A stretch of DNA of 64,000 nucleotides from Desulfomicrobium sp. (GTDB lineage: Bacteria > Desulfobacterota > Desulfovibrionia > Desulfovibrionales > Desulfomicrobiaceae), in the NCBI GenBank assembly GCA_040768745.1, contig JAXGMI010000001.1, positions 1,472,001 to 1,536,000 on the forward strand, given 5' to 3'. The stretch's first letter is position 1; each line of letters starts with the position of its first letter. Below, in pieces: positions 1 to 11,500 of the stretch. The position numbers and the translations under genes are program-made. The notes beneath the pieces were generated by a model. It was not told where the DNA came from and did not search any database. It saw only the letters and a program-made list of their open reading frames with translations.

Positions 1-12
1 GTTCTATTTTCT

Positions 13-55
13 CCAGGGAGGGGATCACGGCTCTTGGCCGTGATCCCCTCCCTGG
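13..55. repeat. Perfect 19-bp inverted repeat (stem-loop)
   Basis: CCAGGGAGGGGATCACGGC (13-31), loop TCTTG, GCCGTGATCCCCTCCCTGG (37-55); no adjacent U-tract on either strand. Confidence 0.8.
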
Positions 56-1139
56 CGTTGAAACGGAGAATTTGGAAGACGGCAGAGACAAGTCCACTCC
101 GTTTGGCAGATGAATCACCGTGTCGTGTTGTGCCTTTGACGTCACACGCATTCCAGTTTTCAAGACCGTGTTTACTTTGCTGTGCATTCCTGATACGGCA
201 AAAAAACTTTTTTCACTAATCCCTGCCACTGTCCGCAACTCATTCTTTGATTGCAGGAGTGACAATGTCCGAACTCTTCTGCCGCCGTCCGGCCACTCAT
301 GCCCCGCCAGGATGGCATCATCCGCACTGCTTTCCCCCTTCGAGAGCGCGTTCATCAACCACCTTAAAGACGTCCAGGCCGGCTTCCGCCGATCATGCCT
401 GCGGATGCCTTTCCTGCCGTCGCGGGTCAGATACGATTGATCTGCACTCGTCTGCGCAAACAGACGAGCGCAGACGATCCGGGTGTTTCCATAGCCTCTC
501 TCTGCCGTTTTGAATGCTGCGCAAGACAAAGCAAACATTGATTTTGATTTTTCAATGAAACTCTTTTGATCATGCAAAGGAGCGTGCCATGTCCGTTCTG
601 TACATCATCGATTCCCAAGTCCCGGATTTTCAAGTTCTGCGCGCAAGTCTTCCTGAAGATGCAGAGGTAATCGTTCTTGATGTATTCGATGACGGAGTGG
701 AGCAGATTGTCCGGGCTTTGGACGGCCGGACCGGAGTCGATGCGCTGCATATCATCAGTCACGGCTCGTCTGGAATGCTGCGGCTTGGGTCCACCCTGGT
801 CGATGCCGCATATCTGGCGCAGAACCCGCAGCCATGGGACAGAATTGGCCGGAGTCTGACCGAGACAGGGGACATTCTGCTCTATGGCTGCAACGTGGCG
901 GCCGGAGAAGGGGGGCGGGCCTTTGTCGACCAGTTGGCGAGGGTAACGGGGGCGGATGTGGCGGCGAGTGATGATGCCCCGGCAGTGCGGCTTTGGGCGG
1001 GAACTGGGTGCTGGAGCAATCTGTCGGCGGTATCAATGTCGAGCCGTTGAGTCAGCCAGAAGAGTGGAACCACACCTTGCCGATGGTGAGTACGCCCAAT
1101 GCCATCATGTTTCCTAGGCATACATCCGGCGAATGGCAA

Positions 1140-1895
1140 AACCAGGCAGCCTTTGCGGCCCTGAAATCCGACGGCAGCGTTGTCACATGGGGAAGTGACT
1201 GGGGCGGTGGCGACAGCAGCGCGGTGGCTGCCCAGCTTTCCAGTGGGGTCACGCAGATTTTTTCAAATCAGGCAGCCTTTGCGGCTCTGAAAGCGGACGG
1301 CAGCGTTGTTACGTGGGGATACGGCCTGGGCGGCGGCGACAGCAGCGCAGTGGCAGCCTTGCTTTCCAGTGGGGTCACGCAGATTTTTTCAAATCATTAT
1401 GCCTTTGCGGCCCTGAAAGCGGACGGCAGCGTTGTCACCTGGGGAAGCAGCAATCACGGCGGCGACAGCAGCGCGGTGGCTGCCCAGCTTTCCAGTGGGG
1501 TCACGCAGATTTTTTCAAATCAGGCAGCCTTTGCGGCCCTGAAAGCGGACGGCAGCGTTGTCACCTGGGGAGGCAGCAATTACGGCGGCGACAGCATTAC
1601 TGTGGCCGCCCAGCTTTCTAGTGGGGTCACGCAGATTTTTTCCAGTTCTTACGCCTTTGCTGCCCTGAAGTCTGATGGCAGCGTTGTTACGTGGGGAGAC
1701 AGCAGTTACGGCGGCAACAGCAGTGCGGTGGCCGCCCAGCTTTCCAGTGGAGTCACGCAGATTTTTTCAAATGACCAAGCCTTTGCGGCTCTGAAATCCG
1801 ACGGCAGCGTTGTTTCGTGGGGAAATAGTGGCTACGGCGGCGATAGCAGCACGGTAGCTCACCAACTTGTCAATGTGGTGGGGATGGCCGACATC
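1140..1895 (+). repeat. Six tandem 126-nt (42-aa) RCC1-like repeats
   Basis: Units start at 1140, 1266, 1392, 1518, 1644 and 1770; consensus xxxAFAALK(S/A)DGSVVTWGxxxxGGDSSAVAAQLSSGVTQIFS. Confidence 0.9.
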
Positions 1896-1929
1896 TCCAC
1901 GGATGACTGGTACTCACCGGCCCCTGTTC

Positions 1930-2585
1930 CAACCAACACTCCTCCTTCCTTGGCCGCACCTTCCGCTCCGACCTTCACCGACACCCCCTCCGACGACACA
2001 TTTGCTCCGGCCAGCGGGACCCTGCTGGGCAATGATCCTGACCCGGGCACGACCCTGGCCTACGGCATCAGTGGTGGCACGGTATCAAGCGGGGTTTCGA
2101 CCAGGGTCGGAACATACGGAACCCTGGCGGTCAACACCGCCACCTGCGCCTGGACCTATTCGCCGAACAACGCCGCCATCCAGGGCCTCAAGGCCAACGC
2201 GGTGGATTCGTTCACGGCCACGGTCAGCGACGGGCAGGCCAGCGTCAGCCGGCCTTTCAATGTGGCCATCATCGGCGCCAACGACCCCACGGTCTTTGGC
2301 GGCGCGACAACCGGCAATGTCAGCAAAGACGGTGTGCTGACCGTCGCGGGCATACTCACCGTCTCGGACCGCGACACAGGGGATGCGGTCATCGCAGCTC
2401 AACCCGGCACGGCCGGAACCTATGGTACGTTCAGCATTGGGGCCAACGGTGTCTGGAATTATATCCTGAACAACAGCGCGGCCGTTGTGCGGGCTTTGGG
2501 GAGCGACCAGGTCGTATCCGACACCTTCACGGTGTCCACGGCCGGCGGGGTGACGCGAAATATCGTCATCAATGTTGCCGGATCT
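1930..2585 (+). repeat. VCBS/cadherin-like module, copy 1 (diverged direct repeat of ~6325-6985 and partly of ~6990-7335)
   Basis: NTPPSLA..P.FTDT..DD.F..A.G.L.G.DPDPG...GTYGTL.VNT.T..WTY recurs three times at both DNA and protein level. Confidence 0.8.
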
Positions 2586-5500
2586 CAGGACACACTGAAA
2601 GAGACCACCTTGCCCATGACGATGGCAGCGGCACATCTTGCGGCCCGCGCATATTCAGACGCCCATTATCTTGCGAATGCAACGCTTCCTTCGGATGCAG
2701 TGGACCAGGTCAACGCCGGGGTCAGCACCTGGACAGCCCTTCCTGCCGGGCTTCTCGATTTCACGCCTGCGGCCGAGCAGGTGCTTCATGACAGTGGAAA
2801 TATGACCCGCTTTGAGAATGGCCACGCATCGGCATCTGTGGGTCTGTCCATTCTGAATGGGCAAAAAACCTTGGTGATAGCGTTTGAGGGGACCAATTCT
2901 TCCTTGTTTTGGAGTGATCCGGTCCAGTGTCTCGATTTATGGGATGACTTTGCCCTTATTGATCGTCACTACAAGGATCTGAAAGATTTCGCTGCTGCCG
3001 TAGCGAAGTTTGCTGAAGATCCTGCCAATGGAATCGAGAGAGTTCTCGTCACCGGACACAGCCTGGGCGGAGCCATGGCACAGTATTTTATGTATAATTT
3101 TGGGGCGGCAAACCCAAAATACTTCGGAGTGACATTTGGACAGCCAGGGACGGCAGTTCAGGGACATATTCCTGATGAACGGATGGTAAATTTCATTCAT
3201 ACGAACGATATTGTTCCAATCTCTGGAGAAAATTTAAAACAATATATCATTGTTGGTTCCCGTGTGAAAGTTTCTGTCGACATTTCAAGTGACCCAATCG
3301 AGTACGGTTTAAAGGAACATACATTGCTTACGCTTGATGGGAGTGCTCATTCTGTCAGCTACACAGATAGTCTTAAATTCATCCTTAATGAAATCGATGA
3401 AAAATCAATTTTCCAAAATATAAATTTGCTGATTGGAACAGAGAACTCTGACATTCTTAATACAACATTTGTTGCTAATATCACAGCATTTGGCGGCAAG
3501 GGCAATGACTTTATCTTTTCTTCGGCAGGGGTTGATCGTTTTTACGGTGACCCGGGTGATGACGTCTATTTTGTCAACAGCACGTTGGACGTTGTCGTTG
3601 AAAATTCTGGTGAGGGTTATGACACCATTGTCAGTTCCGTTGCCTGTGTTCTCCCTGAGTATGTGGAGCGTTTGATTTTGACCGGCGGTTTGGGCTTTGA
3701 GAGTGCAATTGGGCTGGTTGCCGAAGCGCTTCCGGGGCACGTGGACCGACTGATTATGACCGGAGGGGTCCTCTCATTCGAAAATATCAATGGCACGGGC
3801 AATGGGCTGAATAATATCATCATTGGCAACAGCGGCGCGAATGTCCTGAACGGCCTTGCCGGAGCGGATACCCTGAATGGCGGGTTGGGCAAGGATACGT
3901 ATCTGTTTCTGGCCTCCGGGAACGATGTCGACACCATTGAATTGAAAAATGGAGATCGGATCGAAGTTTCCGGCCTGCCCGACCTCTCCGTTGTCGGCTC
4001 CAGCGGTACCGGCAGTACTCTGTCAATGGGCCAGGTTCAGCTCAATCCCGAGCGTGATGTCCTGTACATCGGAACGGACAACGTGCCGGGCAAGGACATC
4101 ACCATCATGCTGTCAGCCCCCCTTGTCGCCTCGCAGAGCTTGGTCAAGGATGCCACGGGCATATATCTGAAGCAGAGTTGGTGGGGCAAAGTCATCGATG
4201 GCTACATCGCGGGGGCTGATATTTTCATCGACGCCAATGGCAATGGCCTCGCAGACCCTGGGGAAAGCACGAATGTGTTTACCGATGCCCAAGGCAATTT
4301 CAACTTGACGGATATAGACGTTGAGGGTGCCTTGATCGCGGTCGGAGGCACCAATATCGACACGGGGCTCTCCAATTCCCTGCTCCTGACTTCTCCGGAC
4401 GGCTCATCGGTCATCAGCCCGTTGACAACCTTGGTCCATGCTTACGCCACGACACAAGGGGTCAATTCCAGCGTGGCCCAAGTCGCTGTCCGGGAGGCAC
4501 TGGGCATTTCATCAGCCATCAATTTGAATCATTATGACCCGCTTGCCCAGCCTGCAGGAGACAGCACCGCCTTGGCTGCGCAGAAAATTGCAACACAGAT
4601 TGCCGTTATCGGCATGCTTGCCGAACGGGTTGGCGTCGACTTCAGTTCTGTGGTCGAAGGATTGGCGGAGGCCATCGCCGTTCATGCGGGCGTTTCACTG
4701 ACTTCTGAAGCGAATCTGAGCGCGGTGCTGGGCGATCAGTTGCCCCAGAATTTGATTGGAGAAGCTGCGCGCATCAATAGCGAAGTGGGGGCAGTGACAG
4801 CCATTAATGGCATTACGGCGATTGTTCAGGAATCATTGGAAACAGACCCACCCAGAGCAGTTGCTTTTTCACCAGTTGATGGATCCGTAGATGTGGCTGT
4901 CGGTGCAAATATCGTTGTCACTTTCAATGAGGCCATCCAGCGCGGCACAGGGCACATCGTTCTCAAGACCACTGGCGGCTTACTTGTCGCATCATACGAT
5001 ATCGCCACAAGTTACAATCTGACGTTGAATGGCAATACCCTGACAATCGATCCTTCCCTCAATCTTGCTCATGAAACCCAGTACATCGTTGAAATCCCGG
5101 AGGGCGCAATCAGGGATTTAGCCTGGAACAGCTTTTCCGGTACCTTGAATTATGATTTCACAACGGGATCAGGGCCTGCAGTCCAGCCAGAATGGAGCGA
5201 AACTCAAGTTAATACCTTTACAGATGGCCATCAAGAATGTCCTGCAATCGCAACCTTGAGCGATGGGGGCTATGTCATTGTCTGGCAGTCACAAATGCAA
5301 GCGCAGAGAAGTCAGGGCATTTACGCCCAGCGTTTCGCGGCAGATGGATCGACTGTTGGGCCAGAAATAACCATCGGTGCCCTCTCTGTGGGCTCACAGG
5401 AGCACCCTGCCGTCGCAGCCCTACCTGGCGGAGGTTTTGTCATCACATGTTTCTCGTTAAGGCAGGGTAGTGACGGGTATGACATCTATTCGCAGAGCTT

Positions 5501-6324
5501 CGCGGCCGATGGCTCAACTTCGGGGACGGCAACACGGGTCAATACACAAACAGAAGGGTACCAGGTAAATCCCTCCGTCGCAACCTTGTCAGACGGAGGT
5601 CACGTTATTGTGTGGTCAGACCGGTGGACACAAAAAATTTATGCCCAACACTTCGCGCCTGATGGTTCAGCCGTGGGAGGGGAAAAGCTAATCAGTGCTT
5701 ATACAAAAGACAGTTTTTCTCACTCCGCCATCGCCGCTTTGGAAAACGGAGGATATGTAATTGCATGGAGTTCTTCTGAACGGGACGACGAGGGGTTTGG
5801 CGTTTATGTTCAACGTTTTGAGGCTGATGGCTCGTATGTCGGGCCAGAGCAAAGGATAAATGCCATAATCACTAGTAATCAAGAGTTTCCCGCCATTGCT
5901 GCCCTAAATGACGGGGGCTATATCATCACGTGGCAGTCTCTTAACACAGATGGACGTCATGATATTTATTCTCAGCGATTCTCATCTGGTGGGGTTACAA
6001 TTGGAGAAGTGGCACGCATCAATACTATCACAACGCCATTGCAAAGTGAAACAGCCGTCACCGCACTCTCAGATGGGGGCTATGTCATTACTTGGCAAAA
6101 TTTCGATACCAATACGTTAGATAACGATATATATGCCCGACGGTTTGCGGCAAATGGCGTTGCCTTAGGGGCGGAAACACAGATCAACACCTACACTGAA
6201 GGACCTCAATGACGACCCGCCATAGTCGGACTTCAGGATGGAGGGTATGTCATTACGTGGGATTCTGACGTACAAGATGGAAGCGGACATGGAATCTATA
6301 GCCAGCGTTTTGCGGCCTCACTGA

Positions 6325-7335
6325 CCAACACCCCGCCTTCCCTAGCCGTTCCTTCCTCTCCAAGCTTTACTGACACGTCCGCCGATGATGTCTTTGCCCC
6401 AGCCAGCGGGACGCTACAGGGCAGTGATCCTGACCCGGGGGCAGTCCTCGCTTTCGGCATCAGCAGTGGCGACGTCTCCGGAAGCACATCCACGAAAGCT
6501 GGCACGTATGGCACCCTGACAGTCAATACCTCCACCGGGTCCTGGACCTATACGCCGAACAACGCCGCCATTCAAAGCCTCAAAACCAACGCCTCGGACG
6601 CTTTCACGGTCACGGTCAGCGACGGACAGGCCACCGCCAGCCAACCCTTCAATGTGACCATTGTCGGGGCTGACGACCCTACGTTCTTTGACGGCACGAC
6701 AACGGGCAGTGTCAGCGAGGATGGGGTGCTGACGGCCACTGACATGCTGACCGCGACGGACCGGGACGCGGGAGACACGGCCATTATGGCTCAGTCCAAC
6801 ACGGTTGGCGCCTATGGAACGTTCAATATCAGCATAAATGGAATCTGGAATTACGCCCTGAACAACAGTGCGGCCAACGTGCAGGCCTTGAACGCGGGCC
6901 AGACCGTGACGGACACCTTTGCCGTGGCCACGGCCGGGGGAGTCACGCGGAATGTAGTCATCAGCATTGCCGGGGCCAACGAGGAGGTGGTCAACACGCC
7001 TCCCTCCCTTGCCGTTCCTTCTCACCCGACCTTCACCGACACTTCCGCGGATGACATTTTTATCCAGGCCAACGGCATTCTGGTTGGTTCCGACCCTGAT
7101 CCGGGCACAACTCTGGTCTATGGTCTCAGCGGAGGCACGATCTCGGGCGGTTCTGTCAGCAAGGTCGGAACATATGGCACCCTGACGGTTAATACCGCCA
7201 CCGGGGCGTGGACCTACACGCCCGATGACGCGGCCATCGAGGCCCTGGAGACCAACAGCACCGACCCCTTCACGGTCACGGTCAGCGATGGGCAGGCCAG
7301 CGCCAGTCAGTCCTTCAATGTTTCCATCATCGGAT
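6325..7335 (+). repeat. VCBS/cadherin-like modules, copies 2 and 3
   Basis: Same NTPPSLAVPS...GTYGTLTVNT...FTVTVSDGQA motifs as 1930-2585. Confidence 0.8.
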
Positions 7336-8256
7336 CTGTGGAGGACCTTCCGCCAGTCCTCGGGACCAATGGCAACGACACAGCCACAGTGGGCAGAGGA
7401 AATGCCCATGTTGCCCTGGGAGCGGGCCAGGACACGGCAGTCCTGCCCATGTTCCCCGACGTGTATTCCCTGGTCCAGGAGGCTCCGGGGAGAATCAGGG
7501 GGACCTGCGCGGATTACACCCTGACCCTGGAGGATGTGGAGTTCGTCCAGTTCGGGACATATTTCCAGACCACCCTTGCTGTGGGCGACCTGGCCTCGGG
7601 TCAGGCCAAGCTGCAGCTTGGCCGTCTGACGGATCTCTACCTGGCCTTCTTTGGCCGGGCACCCGATGTATCCGGTCTGGAATACTGGCAGGAACGGCTG
7701 ATGGAGGAGGGGCGGGATTTCGCCACGATCTCCAAGGACTTCGCGTGGAGCGATGAGGCCCAGCGTCTTTTCCCGCGGGACGCCAGCAACCGGGAGTTCG
7801 TGCAGGCCATTTACCAGAACTGCTTTGACCGCGATCCGGACACGGGCGGATGGGACTACTGGACCCAGCGGTTGGATGCCTTGGGTTCGACGGATCTGAA
7901 CGATCGCGGGTCCTTTGTGGGCGAGCTGATTCTGGGGGCGTACGCCGTGACGAGCGGAGAGGAGGATCGCGGCCTGCTGACCCACAAGCACGAAGTGGCG
8001 ATGCACTATGTGAACAGGTTGTCGGAGCAGCCGGAGGAGGAATTCGACGCCAGCATCAACGACCTGCTGGAGCTGGTCACCGGGGACTCGGGAACGCAGT
8101 CCAAAGCTGAGGCGGTCATCGACCATGTGTTCGAGGACCCGATCACCCTGACCGGGGTGATGAACGACCCGGCCTTGCTGGAGTCCATCTGGAGTGCTGC
8201 GTAACCAAGAGCGCGCCATCCCCACAACGCGGTGAGGGCCCTTTGTCAGAAGGAAG

Positions 8257-8280
8257 ATGCCGGGGGAATTCCCCCGGCAT
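8257..8280. terminator. GC-rich hairpin after the giant gene (possible terminator or 3' stabiliser)
   Basis: ATGCCGGGGG-AATT-CCCCCGGCAT; only a weak U-tract follows. Confidence 0.45.
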
Positions 8281-8516
8281 TGGACACTCTGCATGGGGTT
8301 GGCCTATTCTTGAGGCCTGCGCTGGGTTTGGTGGTGTGTCCCATCACCAAGGCTGGGGACTCCAAGCGCCCAATGTCCCTGGCCATCGGACTCCGGATGG
8401 TCCGAGGTTGGCAAACGTGGCGCGTTTTGCCCTTCAGGGCTTTGCTTGCATTTCCCTTCCGCCTTTTCTAGTCTGACCTCCCCTGTCTTCAAAATCACCC
8501 ATTCCCTGAGAGCGTC

Positions 8517-11500
8517 ATGAGCGGTTTCACCCATCTGCACTGCCATTCCGAGTACAGCCTGCTGGACGGCGCCATCCGCCTGAAGGACCTCTGCGCCCGG
8601 GCCGTGGATTTCGGCTTCTCCTCCGCAGCCATCACCGACCACGGCAACCTGTTCGGGGCCTTGCCGTTCTACCTGGAGGCCAAGAAGCACGGGCTCAAGC
8701 CCATCATAGGCAGCGAAATCTATGTCGCCCAGGACATGGCCGACCGGGAGAACAAGCAGCGCTTCCATCTGCTGCTCCTGGCCCAAAACCTCCAGGGCTA
8801 CCACAATCTGGTCAAGATCGTGTCCGCCGGGTTCCTGGACGGGTTCTACTACAAGCCCCGGGTGGACAAGAGTTTCCTCCGCCGTCACAACGCGGGGCTG
8901 ATCTGCCTCTCGGCCTGCCTGCAGGGCGAGGTGCCGTGGAGCCTGCGCTACGAGACCATGGACAAGGCCCTGGACAAGGCCCGGGAGTACATGGAGATCT
9001 TTCCGGACCGCTTCTATCTGGAACTGCAATCCAACGGGCTGAAAGAGCAGGAGGTGGTCAACGACCGTCTCATGGAGCTGGCCAAGAAGACGGGCCTGCC
9101 CCTGGTGGCCACCAATGACTGCCACTACCTGGACAAGGAGGACTACGAGGCCCACGACATTCTCTTGTGCGTGGGCACGGGCAAGATCGCCTCGGAGAAG
9201 CAGCGCCTCAGGTTCGAGACCAACGAGTTCTACTTCAAGGCCCCGGAGGAGATGGAGGAGGCCTTTGCCCATTGTCCCGAAGCCATCGACAACGCGGGTC
9301 GCATCGCTGACTTGTGCGAGGTGGAACTCCAGCTCAAGCAGCATTTTTTCCCGGTTTACGACGTCCCGGAGGGCTCCTCCCTGGACCAGGAATTCCGGCG
9401 TCTGGCCGAGGAGGGATTGCAGGAGCGCATCAGGGCCCTGCCCTACGAAGTGGACGAGCAGAGGTACCGCGAACGCCTGGAGTTCGAACTGCAGGTCATC
9501 ATCGAGAAGGGTTTCCAGGCCTACTTCCTCATTGTCCAGGACTTCATCAACTGGGCCAAATCCAGAGGCATTCCCGTGGGGCCTGGACGCGGTTCCGCCG
9601 CGGGATCCCTGGTGGCCTATGCCCTGAAGATCACGGACCTGGATCCCATCCGCTACCATCTCTTTTTCGAACGCTTCCTGAACGTCGAGCGCGCGTCCCT
9701 GCCGGACATCGACGTGGATTTCTGCTACAATCGCCGCGACGAGGTCATCCGCTACGTGTCCGAGAAGTACGGGGCTGACCATGTGGCCCAGATTGTGGCC
9801 TTCGGAACCATGAAGGCCAAGGGCGCTGTCCGCGACGTGGCCAGGGCCCTGGACATCAGCCTGAAGGACGCGGACCGCATCGCCAAGCTCATCCCCGACG
9901 ATCTGAAAATGACCCTGAACAGGGCCCTGGAGGAGGAGCCGGAACTCAAGGCCCTCATCGACACGGACCCCCGATTCCAGAAGCTGTACGACGTGGCCCG
10001 CCGTCTGGAAGGACTGGCCCGGCATTCATCCATCCACGCCGCCGGCATCGTCATTTCCCAGAAGCCCATGGTGGAGTATCTGCCCCTGCACAAGGGCAAG
10101 AACGGGGAGGTTGTGACCCAGTTCGACATGAAGAAGGTCGAGGCGGTGGGCCTCATCAAGTTCGACTTCCTGGGTCTGAAGACCCTGACCGTCATCAACG
10201 ACGCCCTGAAGCTCATCCGCAAGAACGGCAAACCCGTGCCGATTCTCGAAAAGCTGCCTCTGGACGACCCGCAGACCTTCGAACTTCTCTGCCGGGGGGA
10301 GACCGACGGCGTGTTCCAGTTGGAGTCCGACGGCATGCGCAGGGTGCTCAAAGGTCTCAAACCTTCCTGCTTCGAGGACATCATCGCCCTCTTGGCCCTG
10401 TACCGGCCAGGTCCGCTGGAAAGCGGCATGGTGGAGGACTTCATCGGCCGCAAGCACGGCCTGCGCAAGGTCGAGTACGAGTACCAGGAGCTGGCGCCGG
10501 TCGTGCATCCCATCCTGGAGGACACCTACGGGGTCATTCTCTACCAGGAACAGGTCATGAAGATCGCCTCGGACCTGGCCAAGTACTCCCTTGGCGAAGG
10601 GGACAACCTGCGGCGGGCCATGGGCAAGAAGGACCCTGCCGAGATGGCCAAGCAGCGGGTCCGCTTCCTGGACGGGGCCAGGGAGAACGGCATTTCCCAG
10701 GAAGCGGCGGAATACATCTTCGACCTGATGGAAAAATTCGCCGGCTATGGGTTCAACAAGTCCCACAGTGCGGCCTACGCGGTCATCTCCTACCAGACGG
10801 CCTACGTGAAGGCCCATTATCCTGCCGAGTTCATGGCCGCCATCATCACCTCGGAGGTCTCCAACTCGGACAAGGTGCTGGCCCATGTCAGCGCCTGCCG
10901 GGACATGGGGCTGGAGGTCCTCCCGCCGGACATCAACAAGAGTTTCAACGAGTTCACCGTCGAAGGGCAGTCCATCCGGTACGGATTGTCCGGGATCAAG
11001 GGGGTGGGCGAGAGCGCGGTGGAATCCATTGTTGAGGAGCGGGAAAAAGGCGGGGCCTTCACCAGTCTGCTCGATTTCTGCCAGAGGGTGAATCTGCGCA
11101 GGGTCAACAAGAAGGTATTGGAATGCCTGATCAAGTCTGGGGCCATGGACGCATTCGGCTGTTCCCGGGCCGCACTCCTGGCCGGCCTGGACAAGGTCCA
11201 GAGCATGGCCCAGAAGCGGGCCAAGCGCAAAACCTCTGGGCAGCTGTCCTTTATGGCCATGGTGGAGGAGAACACCTGCAGCCTGACGGGTCTGGGCCTG
11301 GAAACCGAAGAGGCTGATCTTCCCGAATTCGGGGACGCCGAGAAGTGCCGCATGGAAAAGGAAGCATTCGGCTTTTTTCTTGTGGGTCATCCCCTGCAGC
11401 CATACCGGCAGGAAATCCGGCGCCTGGGCTATCATTCCCTGGCCCAGTGCGCTGACCTGCCGGAGAAGGCGGCCGTGCAGGTGCCGGTCCTGGTCACGGC

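Larger units (their letters stand above)
589..8204 (+). pseudogene. Giant secreted/surface multidomain protein (DUF4347, RCC1-like repeats, VCBS, class-3 lipase, RTX, Big_5, propeller repeats, DUF4214), interrupted by a 1-nt frameshift (~979) and an in-frame TGA (6210-6212)
   Basis: ORFs 589-1050, 993-6212 and 6654-8204 join into one gene. DUF4347 motifs (LHIISHGSSG, DILLYGCNVA, ASDD) continue as GSAALGGNWVLE in another frame after GCCCC at 976-980. The frame stays open from 6213 to 8204 after the TGA. RBS AAGGAG precedes the ATG at 589. Confidence 0.8.

Noticed and set aside
250..430. HD-GYP gene remnant on the minus strand (HDRRK...ILAGHEWPDG)
   Set aside because: Similarity is limited to two short, imperfect motifs with the wrong spacing and cannot be supported without BLASTX.
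976..981. Phase-variable homopolymer or programmed frameshift at the DUF4347 lesion
   Set aside because: The run is only C4 and there is no recognisable slippery heptamer; it looks like a simple 1-nt deletion.
1140..1895. Diversity-generating retroelement target or CRISPR-like array (many variable codons are NNY)
   Set aside because: The repeats are in-frame coding units. Differences are not confined to adenines (TGG, CTG, CAG, GCA occur), and no reverse transcriptase, template repeat or cas gene is in the window.
6210..6260. Selenocysteine recoding of the in-frame TGA in the giant gene
   Set aside because: The position aligns with non-Cys residues in sister repeats, only weak 4-bp stems follow (no convincing SECIS), and the gene also has an upstream frameshift. 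A nonsense change or sequencing error is simpler.
8304..11435. Long antisense ORFs over dnaE (likewise 6414-8294, 22590-24251, 32400-34034, 37360-40104, 40031-41617, 54384-56609, 58184-59788)
   Set aside because: These are shadow ORFs caused by high GC3 codon bias on the strand opposite well-supported genes, with no protein motifs.
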